NCBI GenBank assembly: GCA_013361065.1
Contig: JABWAK010000002.1
Location: 2,273 to 66,272 of the forward strand
Length of the DNA stretch: 64,000 nt
Reading direction: 5' to 3'
Origin: Bacteroidota bacterium
GTDB lineage: Bacteria > Bacteroidota > Ignavibacteria > UBA10030 > UBA8401
Positions 18,649-27,522 of the stretch are shown in pieces. The first letter of the stretch is position 1, and the number at the start of each line of letters is the position of its first letter. The notes under the pieces were generated by a model. It ran no database searches. It had not been told where the DNA came from and saw only the letters and a list, made by a program, of their open reading frames with translations. The position numbers and the translations under genes were made by a program.

Positions 18649-19926
18649 GTGAAAATAGCTGAATCACTAATAGCGATAGTAATTTCTGCAAGTTTTGCGT
18701 TCTCTCAGCATAATCTGCAAAATAGGGAGGAAGTTGACAATTTTGTCTCAGCGCTCTACGCCGAAGGCAACTACTGGAAACTGATGGAACTCTCCCGTCA
18801 GTTCCCCGCCGACTCTCTCTCCCCCCGTTTCGATTTCCATCTCGGTATGAGCTATGCCGCGCTCGGCGAACCGCAGCGCGCCCAGGAGCATCTCACACGC
18901 GCCATTGCGCTTGAACCTGCCCGTCTCCAGTACCGGTACCAGTTCGCACGGGTCCTGTCGCAGTCCGGTCAGTACGCCGACGCGGCCGAACAGCTGCGGC
19001 GGTGTATCGCGATGGATTCCACATACCTTCCGGCACGGTTCCAGCTGGGACTCGCCATCGCCGCCCAGAGGAACGATCCGTTCGCGGAGATGGAGGTCTT
19101 CACCGGACTGGTCGAACGGAATCCGAACGATGTGCTGAGTCTCTACCATCTCTCCGAAGCGCTGAAGCGTGCGGGCCAGCCGGACAGCGCCGCCGTATTC
19201 CTCCGCCGTGCCCTTGCGGTCAATCCCCGCTACGTTCCGGCGCTCATCGCCCTCTCCAACCATCTGAACGGACAGAAGCGGTACGCCGAGGCGCTGCCGC
19301 TCTACCTGCGCGCCGATTCGGTGCGGGGCGGGAACAAGGACCTGCTCTTCCAGATCGGGGAATGTTACCGGCGGCTCGGCGAACTCCCGTCCGCGCGGTC
19401 GTACTTCCGCAGAGCGATCGCACTCGATTCCATGAACGGTCTGTATCACGCGCAGCTCGCCTATGCGTACTTCAGCGACGCTCTGTACGATTCGTCGATC
19501 GCTTCCTACCGCACTGCGCTCCTGTTCGACGAAGAGAATGCACAGTACCATCTGAATCTTGCGCTGGTCTATGCGAAACTGGACGATAGGCCGAATGTGC
19601 TCCGCTCGTACGCGGAGGCGGTCCGCGTGATGCATCCGGAACTCGCCGCAGCGGTCTTCTACGATCAGGGGACGTACTGCTTCCAGAAGAAACTCTGGAA
19701 GGAGGCGGTGACCGCCTACGGCAGGGCGATCGATATCGATCCGGCCCTTTCCCTCGCCTACTATTTCAAAGGCTCCTGCCTCATGCAGCTGAACGAGCAT
19801 GCGGCGGCACTTCCGCTCTTCACCGAATTCCTCTCCCGGACGAAGGAGAGCACGGAATTCAAGGGAGAACGCTATTCTGCCCAGAAAATGTCCGACTATA
19901 TCAAAGAGTTGCGGAAGAAGAAGTGA
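18649..19926 (+). CDS. TPR-repeat protein, secreted; N-terminal signal peptide encoded inside the AT-rich RM island
   Basis: GTG start gives MKIAESLIAIVISASFAFSQ signal peptide, then TPR repeats in GC-rich DNA; alternative internal start MELSRQ (18787) would lack a signal peptide. Confidence 0.65.
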   Translation: MKIAESLIAIVISASFAFSQHNLQNREEVDNFVSALYAEGNYWKLMELSRQFPADSLSPRFDFHLGMSYAALGEPQRAQEHLTRAIALEPARLQYRYQFARVLSQSGQYADAAEQLRRCIAMDSTYLPARFQLGLAIAAQRNDPFAEMEVFTGLVERNPNDVLSLYHLSEALKRAGQPDSAAVFLRRALAVNPRYVPALIALSNHLNGQKRYAEALPLYLRADSVRGGNKDLLFQIGECYRRLGELPSARSYFRRAIALDSMNGLYHAQLAYAYFSDALYDSSIASYRTALLFDEENAQYHLNLALVYAKLDDRPNVLRSYAEAVRVMHPELAAAVFYDQGTYCFQKKLWKEAVTAYGRAIDIDPALSLAYYFKGSCLMQLNEHAAALPLFTEFLSRTKESTEFKGERYSAQKMSDYIKELRKKK

Positions 19927-19983
19927 TCCCTCCGGGGGCATAATTTCCCTGAACATTCCGCACATTTTCCCGTATCTTTCCGC

Positions 19984-21123
19984 ATGTCCTCCGCAGCTCC
20001 CGAGCCCCGTGATACCGTCTGGTCCCGTCTGAAACAGGACTGGGAATCCTTCACCGCCACCGTTCGTTCCGAATGGAAGGAACTCACCGACCGATTGAAT
20101 TCGTCCGGACGCTGGAACAGCGCGCTCGTGCGGGAATCGAACGAGGTGACCGATTTCTATCTGACCGCGGCACAGCACGAACGGCTGAAGACGATGCGGC
20201 AGTTCGAGCAGGTGCTGTACAAGACCGGCTGGGTCTTCCGCGCGATGTTCGAACGGCTCCGTCCGGAACGCCGTCTGCTTGCGCTCGCCGGTATCTTCCT
20301 GCAGTTCTTCAACGACCAGAACAACAATAATTCGCTCATCGGCTCCCTCTTCCTGGTACTGGTGATCATGCTGGAGCTGAAGGACAAGCTGATGGCGCAC
20401 GATGAACTTGCCGCCGGTCGGAAGATCCAGCAATCACTGATGCCGCCGCGGATGCCCTCCGTGCCGGGATGGGAACTGTGGCTCTTCACCCGCTCGGCGA
20501 ATGAAGTGTGCGGTGACCTGATCGACTTCATCCCCGGAACGGAAGGACGCTCTGCCGTCGTCATGGCGGACGTCTCAGGCAAAGGACTCCACGCTGCTCT
20601 CATCACCACAAAATTACAGGCGACCATCCGCGCACTGGCCGGAGAGATCGGATCGCTGCCGGTCCTGATCGCCCGCATCAACACCATCGTTCACCGGGAC
20701 AGTCCCTCACACATCTTCGCTTCGCTGGTCTATGCGGAGATCACCGAACAGCATGGGACCGTCCGCTACGTGAATGCCGGTCATTATCCTGCGCTTATCA
20801 TCCGCGGCACCGGTCATGAGGAATGCCCGAAGGGTGAACCGGCGCTCGGTCTCGCACGGAGCGTTCCGTACACGGAACAGAGCATCGGCCTGCAGCCGGG
20901 CGATGCGTTCGTCCTCTATTCGGACGGACTGACCGAGGCGAAGAATGCGCAGGGGGATTTCTTCGGCAAGGAACGGTTGGTGTCCCTCTTGACCGCCTCT
21001 GCCGGGAATGCGGAACAGACCGGCAATGGCGTCCTGCGGGAGGTGGAGCGGTTCTGCGGCATGGCAGCAGCAACGGATGACCTTTCTCTGATCATCCTCC
21101 GGCGCACAGGAGCTTCCGTATGA
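19984..21123 (+). CDS. PP2C-family serine/threonine phosphatase (SpoIIE/RsbU-like)
   Basis: GDLIDF...MADVSGKGLHAAL...YVNAGHYPAL...GDAFVLYSDGLTEA...DDLSLIIL. Confidence 0.85.
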   Translation: MSSAAPEPRDTVWSRLKQDWESFTATVRSEWKELTDRLNSSGRWNSALVRESNEVTDFYLTAAQHERLKTMRQFEQVLYKTGWVFRAMFERLRPERRLLALAGIFLQFFNDQNNNNSLIGSLFLVLVIMLELKDKLMAHDELAAGRKIQQSLMPPRMPSVPGWELWLFTRSANEVCGDLIDFIPGTEGRSAVVMADVSGKGLHAALITTKLQATIRALAGEIGSLPVLIARINTIVHRDSPSHIFASLVYAEITEQHGTVRYVNAGHYPALIIRGTGHEECPKGEPALGLARSVPYTEQSIGLQPGDAFVLYSDGLTEAKNAQGDFFGKERLVSLLTASAGNAEQTGNGVLREVERFCGMAAATDDLSLIILRRTGASV

Positions 21124-22025
21124 CCGGTGTGCCGGAAGAACGGTCCGCCGGCTCGGCGGCTTCGAAGGGGATCCGCTCCGCCCTTGCCGGCATCGTGGTG
21201 AACGGTGCGCTGGCGCTGGTGAAAGGGATCGCGGGTTTCCTCGGCAACTCCTATGCCCTCATCGCCGATGCGATCGAATCGGCGTCCGATGTGGTGAGCT
21301 CACTCATCGTGGTGAGCGGACTGCGCATCGCGGCGAAGCCGCGCGACGAGAACCATCCGTACGGACACGGGAAAGCCGAACCGATCGCCGCCCTGGTGGT
21401 GGCGCTCTCCCTGTTTGGCGCGGCGGTCACTATCATCCTACAAAGCTATCACGAGATCATCACCCCGCATCATGCCCCGGAACCGTTCACGCTGATCGTC
21501 CTCATCATTGTCGTCGTCGTCAAGGAAGCGCTCTTCCGTTCGGTCTTCCGCGTAGCGGAGGAGGTGCAGAGCACCGCTGTGCGGACCGATGCCTGGCATC
21601 ATCGGAGTGACGCCATCACCTCCGCCGCCGCGTTCATCGGCATCTCCGCAGCGCTCATCGGCGGTGACGGATACGAAAGTGCGGATGACTGGGCGGCACT
21701 CTTCGCATCGGTCATCATCATCTACAACGCATACGGTCTCTTCCGTCCCGCCCTGGACGAGATCATGGACGCCGCCCCGCCGGCGGATGTGGCGGAGCGG
21801 GTGCGTGCCGCTGCGGCCACGGTCCCCGGAGTGCTGGGACTGGAGAAATGTTTCGTGCGGAAGATGGGACTCGACTATTTCGTCGACCTTCATGTGATCG
21901 TGGACGGTGCCGCGACCGTCCGCGAAGGACACCGGATCGGCCACGATGTGAAGGATGCGGTCTGTCATGCACTGCCACGCATCGCCGATGTGATGGTGCA
22001 TATCGAGCCGGATACCTTCGGCTGA
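21120..22025 (+). CDS. Cation diffusion facilitator (CDF) family transporter
   Basis: ALIADAIESASDVVSSL...HPYGHGKAEPIAAL... six TM helices plus C-terminal cytoplasmic domain. Confidence 0.85.
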   Translation: MTGVPEERSAGSAASKGIRSALAGIVVNGALALVKGIAGFLGNSYALIADAIESASDVVSSLIVVSGLRIAAKPRDENHPYGHGKAEPIAALVVALSLFGAAVTIILQSYHEIITPHHAPEPFTLIVLIIVVVVKEALFRSVFRVAEEVQSTAVRTDAWHHRSDAITSAAAFIGISAALIGGDGYESADDWAALFASVIIIYNAYGLFRPALDEIMDAAPPADVAERVRAAAATVPGVLGLEKCFVRKMGLDYFVDLHVIVDGAATVREGHRIGHDVKDAVCHALPRIADVMVHIEPDTFG

Positions 22026-22126
22026 CCCTGTCCCGGTTGTTTCTCACTGCGTAAAACATTACTTTCTCTTGTGCGGGGGGGGCACCCCGTCCGCATTTCC
22101 CCCATCTGACGGCGGTAAGGATCCCT

Positions 22127-23401
22127 GTGAACTGGCACCCATCCATCATCGGCAACTTCTTCCTTGTCACGACGCTCTTTGCCGTGATCGTTGCATACCG
22201 TGCCTCACGCCGCATCTTCCCGGGGAAGGATTTCCTCGTCCTGTTCATCGGTTCCGCCGCGGTCTGGACCCTTACCAGTGCGCTGGAATGGTACTCCGTG
22301 GAAGCGGAGACCAAGGCCTTCTGGTCCCAGCTGAGCTATATCGGCATCGTCAACGTCTCCCCCGCCTGGCTCTGCTATTCCCTCGTCTATTGCGGATACC
22401 CGCAGCTGCTCACGCAGAGGAACCTGCTGCTGCTCTGGATCATCCCGGCGGTGACCCTGGCGTTGGCGCTCACCAACAGCTGGCACGGACTCAACTGGCC
22501 CGCCTACTATATGGTGGAGCATCCGCTCGGCAACTACATGTTCTACGAACATGGTCCTTCGTTCTGGGTGCTCACCGTCTATTGTTACATTGTGAACATC
22601 ACGTACAGCGTCCTGATGGTGCGCCAATCCCGGAGGCTGTACGCTTCCTTCCGGATGCAGTCCCTCATCCTCTTCTTCACCGTCTCGCTGCCGTGGATCG
22701 GCAACATCCTCTATAATGCACGCATCGTCACGGTGATCGACCTGACACCGGCAGCGTTCACCGTCACCGGCGCGCTGCTGCTCTGGAACATGCAGCAGTT
22801 CCGCCTCTTCGACATCACGCCGATCGCCCGCGAGCAGCTCTTCGCCGAGTTCCGTCAGATCGCCATCGTCCTCGATGCACAGCAGCGGGTTGTGGATATG
22901 AATCCGTTCGCGCTGAACAGTTTCAGCTTCGCCCGGTCCCCCATCGGCAAACCGGTCGGGGAGGTCTTCCCGTTCTGGCCGCAGCTGCTCTCGTTCCTGC
23001 GGGCGGACAATATCGCCGAACTGGAACTGAAGCTCGAGCATCAGGGGGAGCCGGAATGGTACCTGGTCTCTCGGACACCGCTCACCAAACAACGCGGGTC
23101 CGCTTCAGGGACACTGCTCATCTGCCGCAACATCACCATGCAGAAACAGCGGGACGATGAGCGGGAGATGCTCATCGCAGAGCTGCAGGAAGCGCTCGCC
23201 AGCGTGAAGACGCTCGGCGGACTGCTCCCGATCTGTGCCAGCTGCAAGAAGATCCGCGATGATGAGGGGTACTGGAGCCAGGTGGAGCAGTACATCGCCA
23301 AGCACACCGACGCGAAATTCACGCACGGCATCTGTCCGGACTGCGGGAAGAAAGCACTGGAGGAGTACTATCGGGCGAAGCAGCAGAAGGTGACGTCGTG
23401 A
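22127..23401 (+). CDS. Membrane sensor: histidine-kinase-type N-terminal 7TM domain + PAS-like domain + C-terminal 4-Cys/His tail; no kinase, GGDEF or HTH output
   Basis: Seven predicted TM helices (HisKA_7TM-like), PAS-like middle, C-terminus GGLLPICASCKKIRDDEGYWSQVEQYIAKHTDAKFTHGICPDCGKK. Confidence 0.6.
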   Translation: MNWHPSIIGNFFLVTTLFAVIVAYRASRRIFPGKDFLVLFIGSAAVWTLTSALEWYSVEAETKAFWSQLSYIGIVNVSPAWLCYSLVYCGYPQLLTQRNLLLLWIIPAVTLALALTNSWHGLNWPAYYMVEHPLGNYMFYEHGPSFWVLTVYCYIVNITYSVLMVRQSRRLYASFRMQSLILFFTVSLPWIGNILYNARIVTVIDLTPAAFTVTGALLLWNMQQFRLFDITPIAREQLFAEFRQIAIVLDAQQRVVDMNPFALNSFSFARSPIGKPVGEVFPFWPQLLSFLRADNIAELELKLEHQGEPEWYLVSRTPLTKQRGSASGTLLICRNITMQKQRDDEREMLIAELQEALASVKTLGGLLPICASCKKIRDDEGYWSQVEQYIAKHTDAKFTHGICPDCGKKALEEYYRAKQQKVTS

Positions 23402-23781
23402 GATTCGCACGGAATGTCTTCTCCTTCGCCGGCAGTTACGGCATCGTCGTCACCCTGCCGCTCTATTTCAGCGAAGCACGCATCGGCATCGACCAGCCGC
23501 CGGCCATCACCCATCCCGAGTACTTCTACGGATTCATCGGTGTCACGCTCGCCTGGCAGGTGCTGTTCCTGATGGTGGCGCGCGACGTCCAGCGGTACCG
23601 CATGATGATGCTTCCGGCCATCCTGGAAAAGTTCTCGTACGCCGCTGCCGGCGGTGCACTCTTCGCAATGGGAAGGATCGGTCAGACCGTGGCGGCATTC
23701 GCGGCGGTCGATCTCCTCTTCGGCATCCTGTTCATCCGGGCTTTCCTCCTGACCAGGGAGCCGGTCCCGTTCCGCCCATGA
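23398..23781 (+). CDS. Small hypothetical membrane protein (3-4 TM)
   Basis: Hydrophobic segments; GTG start overlapping stop of sensor gene (GTGA). Confidence 0.4.
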   Translation: MRFARNVFSFAGSYGIVVTLPLYFSEARIGIDQPPAITHPEYFYGFIGVTLAWQVLFLMVARDVQRYRMMMLPAILEKFSYAAAGGALFAMGRIGQTVAAFAAVDLLFGILFIRAFLLTREPVPFRP

Positions 23782-23799
23782 CCTTCCGGTGACCGCTGC

Positions 23800-24369
23800 A
23801 TGGAAGACCTTACCGCATTCCTGAGACTGTTCGGAACCCTTTCCGATGAAGATGCCGCTCTGATCTGCGATGCCTGCCGCCCCCGTCACTATGCCAAAGG
23901 AGAGGTCATCACTGCCGCGGGAGCACTCCAGCGCGACCTGCTGTTCGTCCATGACGGTATCCAGATGTCATATCATGAGCATGATGGTAAACTGCATGTG
24001 ATCGCGTTCACCTATCCGCCTTCCTTCAGCGGTGTACCGGAATCGTTCCTGCATCAGACACCCTCCCCGTATACACTGCAGGCGCTCACCGCCTCGCACT
24101 GTTCTGCCATCGCCCGGGAGCAGCTGGACGGGCTCTTCGACCGCTCGCAGGCGATCGAGCGGATCTTCCGCCGCACCGCCGAGACGATGCTTACCGGACT
24201 GCTCGTGCGGCACCGGGAACTGCAGGCGCTCTCCATGGAGGAACGGTTCACCGCATTCGCACAGCGAAGCCCCCACCTGCTCCGCATGGTCCCGCACAAG
24301 TACCTCGCATCATATCTGAACATCGACCCGACCAACTTCAGCAAGCTCTTCAACAGCGTCCGCATCTGA
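23800..24369 (+). CDS. Crp/Fnr-family transcriptional regulator
   Basis: cNMP-binding-like N-terminus and C-terminal HTH ...YLASYLNIDPTNFSKLF. Confidence 0.8.
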   Translation: MEDLTAFLRLFGTLSDEDAALICDACRPRHYAKGEVITAAGALQRDLLFVHDGIQMSYHEHDGKLHVIAFTYPPSFSGVPESFLHQTPSPYTLQALTASHCSAIAREQLDGLFDRSQAIERIFRRTAETMLTGLLVRHRELQALSMEERFTAFAQRSPHLLRMVPHKYLASYLNIDPTNFSKLFNSVRI

Positions 24370-24439
24370 CCTTGGTGTGGACCAACATTCCGACGCTGTG
24401 CAATGCGTATCTTGCCATGACCACGAATCGGGAGACCGC

Positions 24440-24757
24440 ATGACCACACGAGTTCGCGCCCTGCTGCTGGGGACCGCATTGTTCGGCTTCACTGTGCCGA
24501 ACGGGATGTTCTTCTATTTTCTCTTCGTTGAGTTCACATCGATCACCGATATCCTGACCAATTGGCTGGCGCTCGGCTTCATCATCGACGCATTCATGGC
24601 GACAGGACTGCTGGCGGTCTGGTTCGCTCATCGGCCGCCGGGGAGATATTCCTGGAAGGCGTTCGTGGTGTTGAGTCTTGCGGGGGGATTGGGGTTCTCG
24701 CTGCCGTTCTTCTACTATCTGAACAAGCGGAATGATGATAGTGTCGGCCCGGACTGA
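24440..24757 (+). CDS. Small hypothetical membrane protein
   Basis: MTTRVRALLLGTALFGFTV... three TM helices; GGAGA upstream of ATG 24440. Confidence 0.5.
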   Translation: MTTRVRALLLGTALFGFTVPNGMFFYFLFVEFTSITDILTNWLALGFIIDAFMATGLLAVWFAHRPPGRYSWKAFVVLSLAGGLGFSLPFFYYLNKRNDDSVGPD

Positions 24758-24767
24758 GGTCCGGGCC
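24746..24767. terminator. Hairpin between convergent genes (GGCCCGGAC-tgag-GTCCGGGCC)
   Basis: Perfect 9-bp GC stem; stop codon of 24440-24757 lies in the loop. Confidence 0.5.
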
Positions 24768-24807
24768 TGTGAGCTTTTACATGAAGGTGAGTCTCAGCGC
24801 TGACTTG

Positions 24808-26817
24808 TCAGTTGTCCCACGTATCGGTGCGGAAGGAGGAGGCCGGAAGTCCGGCAGCATTGAAGAGGGTCCCGCGCACCACATTCTGCCATCCGTACCG
24901 CACGGCAGCGGGCTGCGGTACCGCGGCGGAGCGGACGATGACCGTTGTCCCTTTCACCGTTGCCGTGCCGGGATGGAAGACGCCGTCCGCACCCGCGACC
25001 TGGAAGAGCGGTTTCCCGGTCTCCGGCCGGAGCGTCAGTCCTTTCGCATGATCGAAGGTGAGGATGACCACATCCTTCTTCACGGTAAATGAACGATAGA
25101 CCGGTCCGCTGTACTCCACCTTCTTCCCGTACTCTTTCGCCAGCGCCCAGCGAGACAACCGATCCCCCACATCCTTCTTGTTCGCGGGATGGATGGAGAC
25201 GGAATCGCCGATATCGAGCGTTACCGCCATCCCGGTCTTCGGAACGGAGAGTGTGCGGAGCTGCGCTTCACGCAGCAGCTCGGAATGAGCGACGGGACCG
25301 TACTCGAACGGTGCGATCTGCACGAAATAGAAGGAGAAATCGCGCTTCCAGTCCGACCGCCAGTTGCGGATCATCAGCGGGAACAATCCTTCATATCCTG
25401 CCGGGTCAGAGACGTTCGCCTCTCCCTGATACCATACCGCTCCTTTCACTGCGTACGGTACGAGCGGGGCGATCATGCCGTTGTAGAGAACGGCCGGATG
25501 GTCCGAATTGAACTGACGGGTGACGGCAGGACGGCTGGTGTTGTTGCGGGGATCGAGCAGGTACGCCGTATTGCCGCGGATCTCAGCGACTGCACGATAG
25601 CGCCACGGACCGGCCAGCGACATCCGTTCGGTGCTGTTCTTCAGCGAGAGCGACAGCTTGTCCGGCGTGCTCCAGAGTCCGCCGCCGCCGCCGAAGTCGA
25701 TCACGCGGATCGCGATGGTCAGCAGGGAATCTGCGGTGAGCGATGCGGGGATGGTGTAGCGCCGTTCGATGTTCCAGGGACTTCCCGTGAGCATGGAGCC
25801 GATCATGGTCCCGTTCACGAACGTTGCATCCATATCATCGATGGTGCCGAGTTCCAGCAGCAGTTCCTTCCCGCGCCAGGCGGAAGGGATCTCCACTTTT
25901 TTGCGGAACCATACCACTCCGTCGAACGCCCCGACCTCGGTCCATTCCCACCCGCGCGGAAGGTCCATGCTCCTCCAGCTGCTGTCCGGATGAGCGGGCT
26001 GCATCAGCTCTGCATCATTGAACTGTACCGTGCTCCAGTCCTGGGAAGCGCGGTTCGGACCCACATCCACCGACGGGAGCGATGCAAGCCACGCGGTCAG
26101 GTCAGCATGTTCCTTCCTGGTCTGCTCCAGCATCGGTCCCGCATCCATATAGAGTGGATGTTGCCTGATGAATGCTTCACTCGTCCACGCCTGCACCGGC
26201 GTGCCACCCCAGGAGGCATGGATGAGTCCGACCGGCACCTTCAGCGCCCGGTGCAGCGCTGCACCGAAATAGTATCCTGTTGCACTGAACTCCGGCACGT
26301 TGGCCGGCGTCGCCGGGAGCCATGCACCGTTGGTCACCGTGCGTTCCTCCAGCGAAAGCATCTTCTCCACGGTGAACATCCGGAGCTGCGGCGCGTTCGC
26401 TGCGGCGATCTCCTCCTGAGCGCCGGCGATCAGTTCGTTCGGCGGGAAACCGCGCATCGGCATCTCCATGTTGGACTGACCGGAGCAGATCCAGACCTCT
26501 CCGATCAGCACATCGGTCAGCGTCCGCGTTTCGGTCCCGTGCGTCACGGTCAGCGAGAACGGACCGCCCGCTTTCGGCGTGCGGAGCGTTGTGCGCCAAC
26601 GTCCGTCCGCACCGACGGTACAGTGAGCGGTGATGCCCCAGGAGGCGGAAAGGCGGACGGCGGTTCCCGGCGTGCCGGTCCCCCAGACGGGGGCATCGGT
26701 CCGCTGCTGCAGCACCATACCGTCCGAGAAGAGCGCCGGAAGCGTGAGCGGCTGAGCAGAAAGGAGGATCGAACAGAGGAGAACAACGACAAAGATCGAA
26801 AGGAAATGGGTCTGCAT
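24808..26817 (-). CDS. Sialate O-acetylesterase (SASA/DUF303 family, SGNH hydrolase), secreted
   Basis: Signal peptide; two SASA halves, GEVWICSGQSNME and ...WYQGEAN... motifs. Confidence 0.8.
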   Translation of the reverse strand: MQTHFLSIFVVVLLCSILLSAQPLTLPALFSDGMVLQQRTDAPVWGTGTPGTAVRLSASWGITAHCTVGADGRWRTTLRTPKAGGPFSLTVTHGTETRTLTDVLIGEVWICSGQSNMEMPMRGFPPNELIAGAQEEIAAANAPQLRMFTVEKMLSLEERTVTNGAWLPATPANVPEFSATGYYFGAALHRALKVPVGLIHASWGGTPVQAWTSEAFIRQHPLYMDAGPMLEQTRKEHADLTAWLASLPSVDVGPNRASQDWSTVQFNDAELMQPAHPDSSWRSMDLPRGWEWTEVGAFDGVVWFRKKVEIPSAWRGKELLLELGTIDDMDATFVNGTMIGSMLTGSPWNIERRYTIPASLTADSLLTIAIRVIDFGGGGGLWSTPDKLSLSLKNSTERMSLAGPWRYRAVAEIRGNTAYLLDPRNNTSRPAVTRQFNSDHPAVLYNGMIAPLVPYAVKGAVWYQGEANVSDPAGYEGLFPLMIRNWRSDWKRDFSFYFVQIAPFEYGPVAHSELLREAQLRTLSVPKTGMAVTLDIGDSVSIHPANKKDVGDRLSRWALAKEYGKKVEYSGPVYRSFTVKKDVVILTFDHAKGLTLRPETGKPLFQVAGADGVFHPGTATVKGTTVIVRSAAVPQPAAVRYGWQNVVRGTLFNAAGLPASSFRTDTWDN

Positions 26818-26989
26818 GTTCGTGTCAGGGCTTGAAGAATGAATAAACGGTGATTCGTCGTTCGTACGTTAGAGAAATAATGCTGAAAGGTCAATGCGGG
26901 AAACAGCGTCCCGTGCAACCGGTTGAATCATCCGGACCGGGATGCTATATTCCATCCAGTCATCTTTCACCATCAGAACGGAGCGCCCC

Positions 26990-27391
26990 ATGAAAGCGAT
27001 CGCCGCGACCATCCCTGCCTATCACCGCACACAATCCCCCGGTGACCGGGCGATCTGCGACCTCTTGCAGCAAGAGATCACCACAGCGATGCCGAAGGCC
27101 GAGAGCAGCATCTGGCACGGCAGTCCGGTCTGGTTCATTGACGGAAATCCGGTGGTGGGCTATCACAAGCTGAAGGATGGCATCCGTCTGCTCTTTTGGA
27201 GCGGACAATCGTTCGATGAACCGGGACTGTCCCCGGAAGGGACGTTCAAAGCAGCCGAAGTGCGATACACGTCGGCCGATGAGATCAAGGTGACGCCGCT
27301 CCGCCGCTGGCTCCGCAAAGCGAAGAAGATCCAATGGGATTACAAGAACATCGTCAAACGGAAAGGGAAACTGGTCCGGATCGAGACTTGA
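26990..27391 (+). CDS. DUF1801 (YdhG-like) domain protein
   Basis: ...IWHGSPVWFIDGNPVVGYHKLKDGIRLLFWSG... typical DUF1801. Confidence 0.6.
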   Translation: MKAIAATIPAYHRTQSPGDRAICDLLQQEITTAMPKAESSIWHGSPVWFIDGNPVVGYHKLKDGIRLLFWSGQSFDEPGLSPEGTFKAAEVRYTSADEIKVTPLRRWLRKAKKIQWDYKNIVKRKGKLVRIET

Positions 27392-27522
27392 GGATGAAGA
27401 GATTTGTGAGATCGTATCATTGAATCATTGACCGATCGATTCATTACCGATACGCGTACATCCGATCGTCAATGGACCTGCCGCGCATGAGCGATTTGAG
27501 TGTTGTGGTGTTCATTTCATTA

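Noticed and set aside
22075-22082. G8 homopolymer tracts (22075-22082 and 31726-31733) as phase-variation switches
   Set aside because: Eight G in a 65% GC genome is not strongly unusual. Both are intergenic, so any effect would be on promoter spacing. They are noted under the relevant findings but not called as features.
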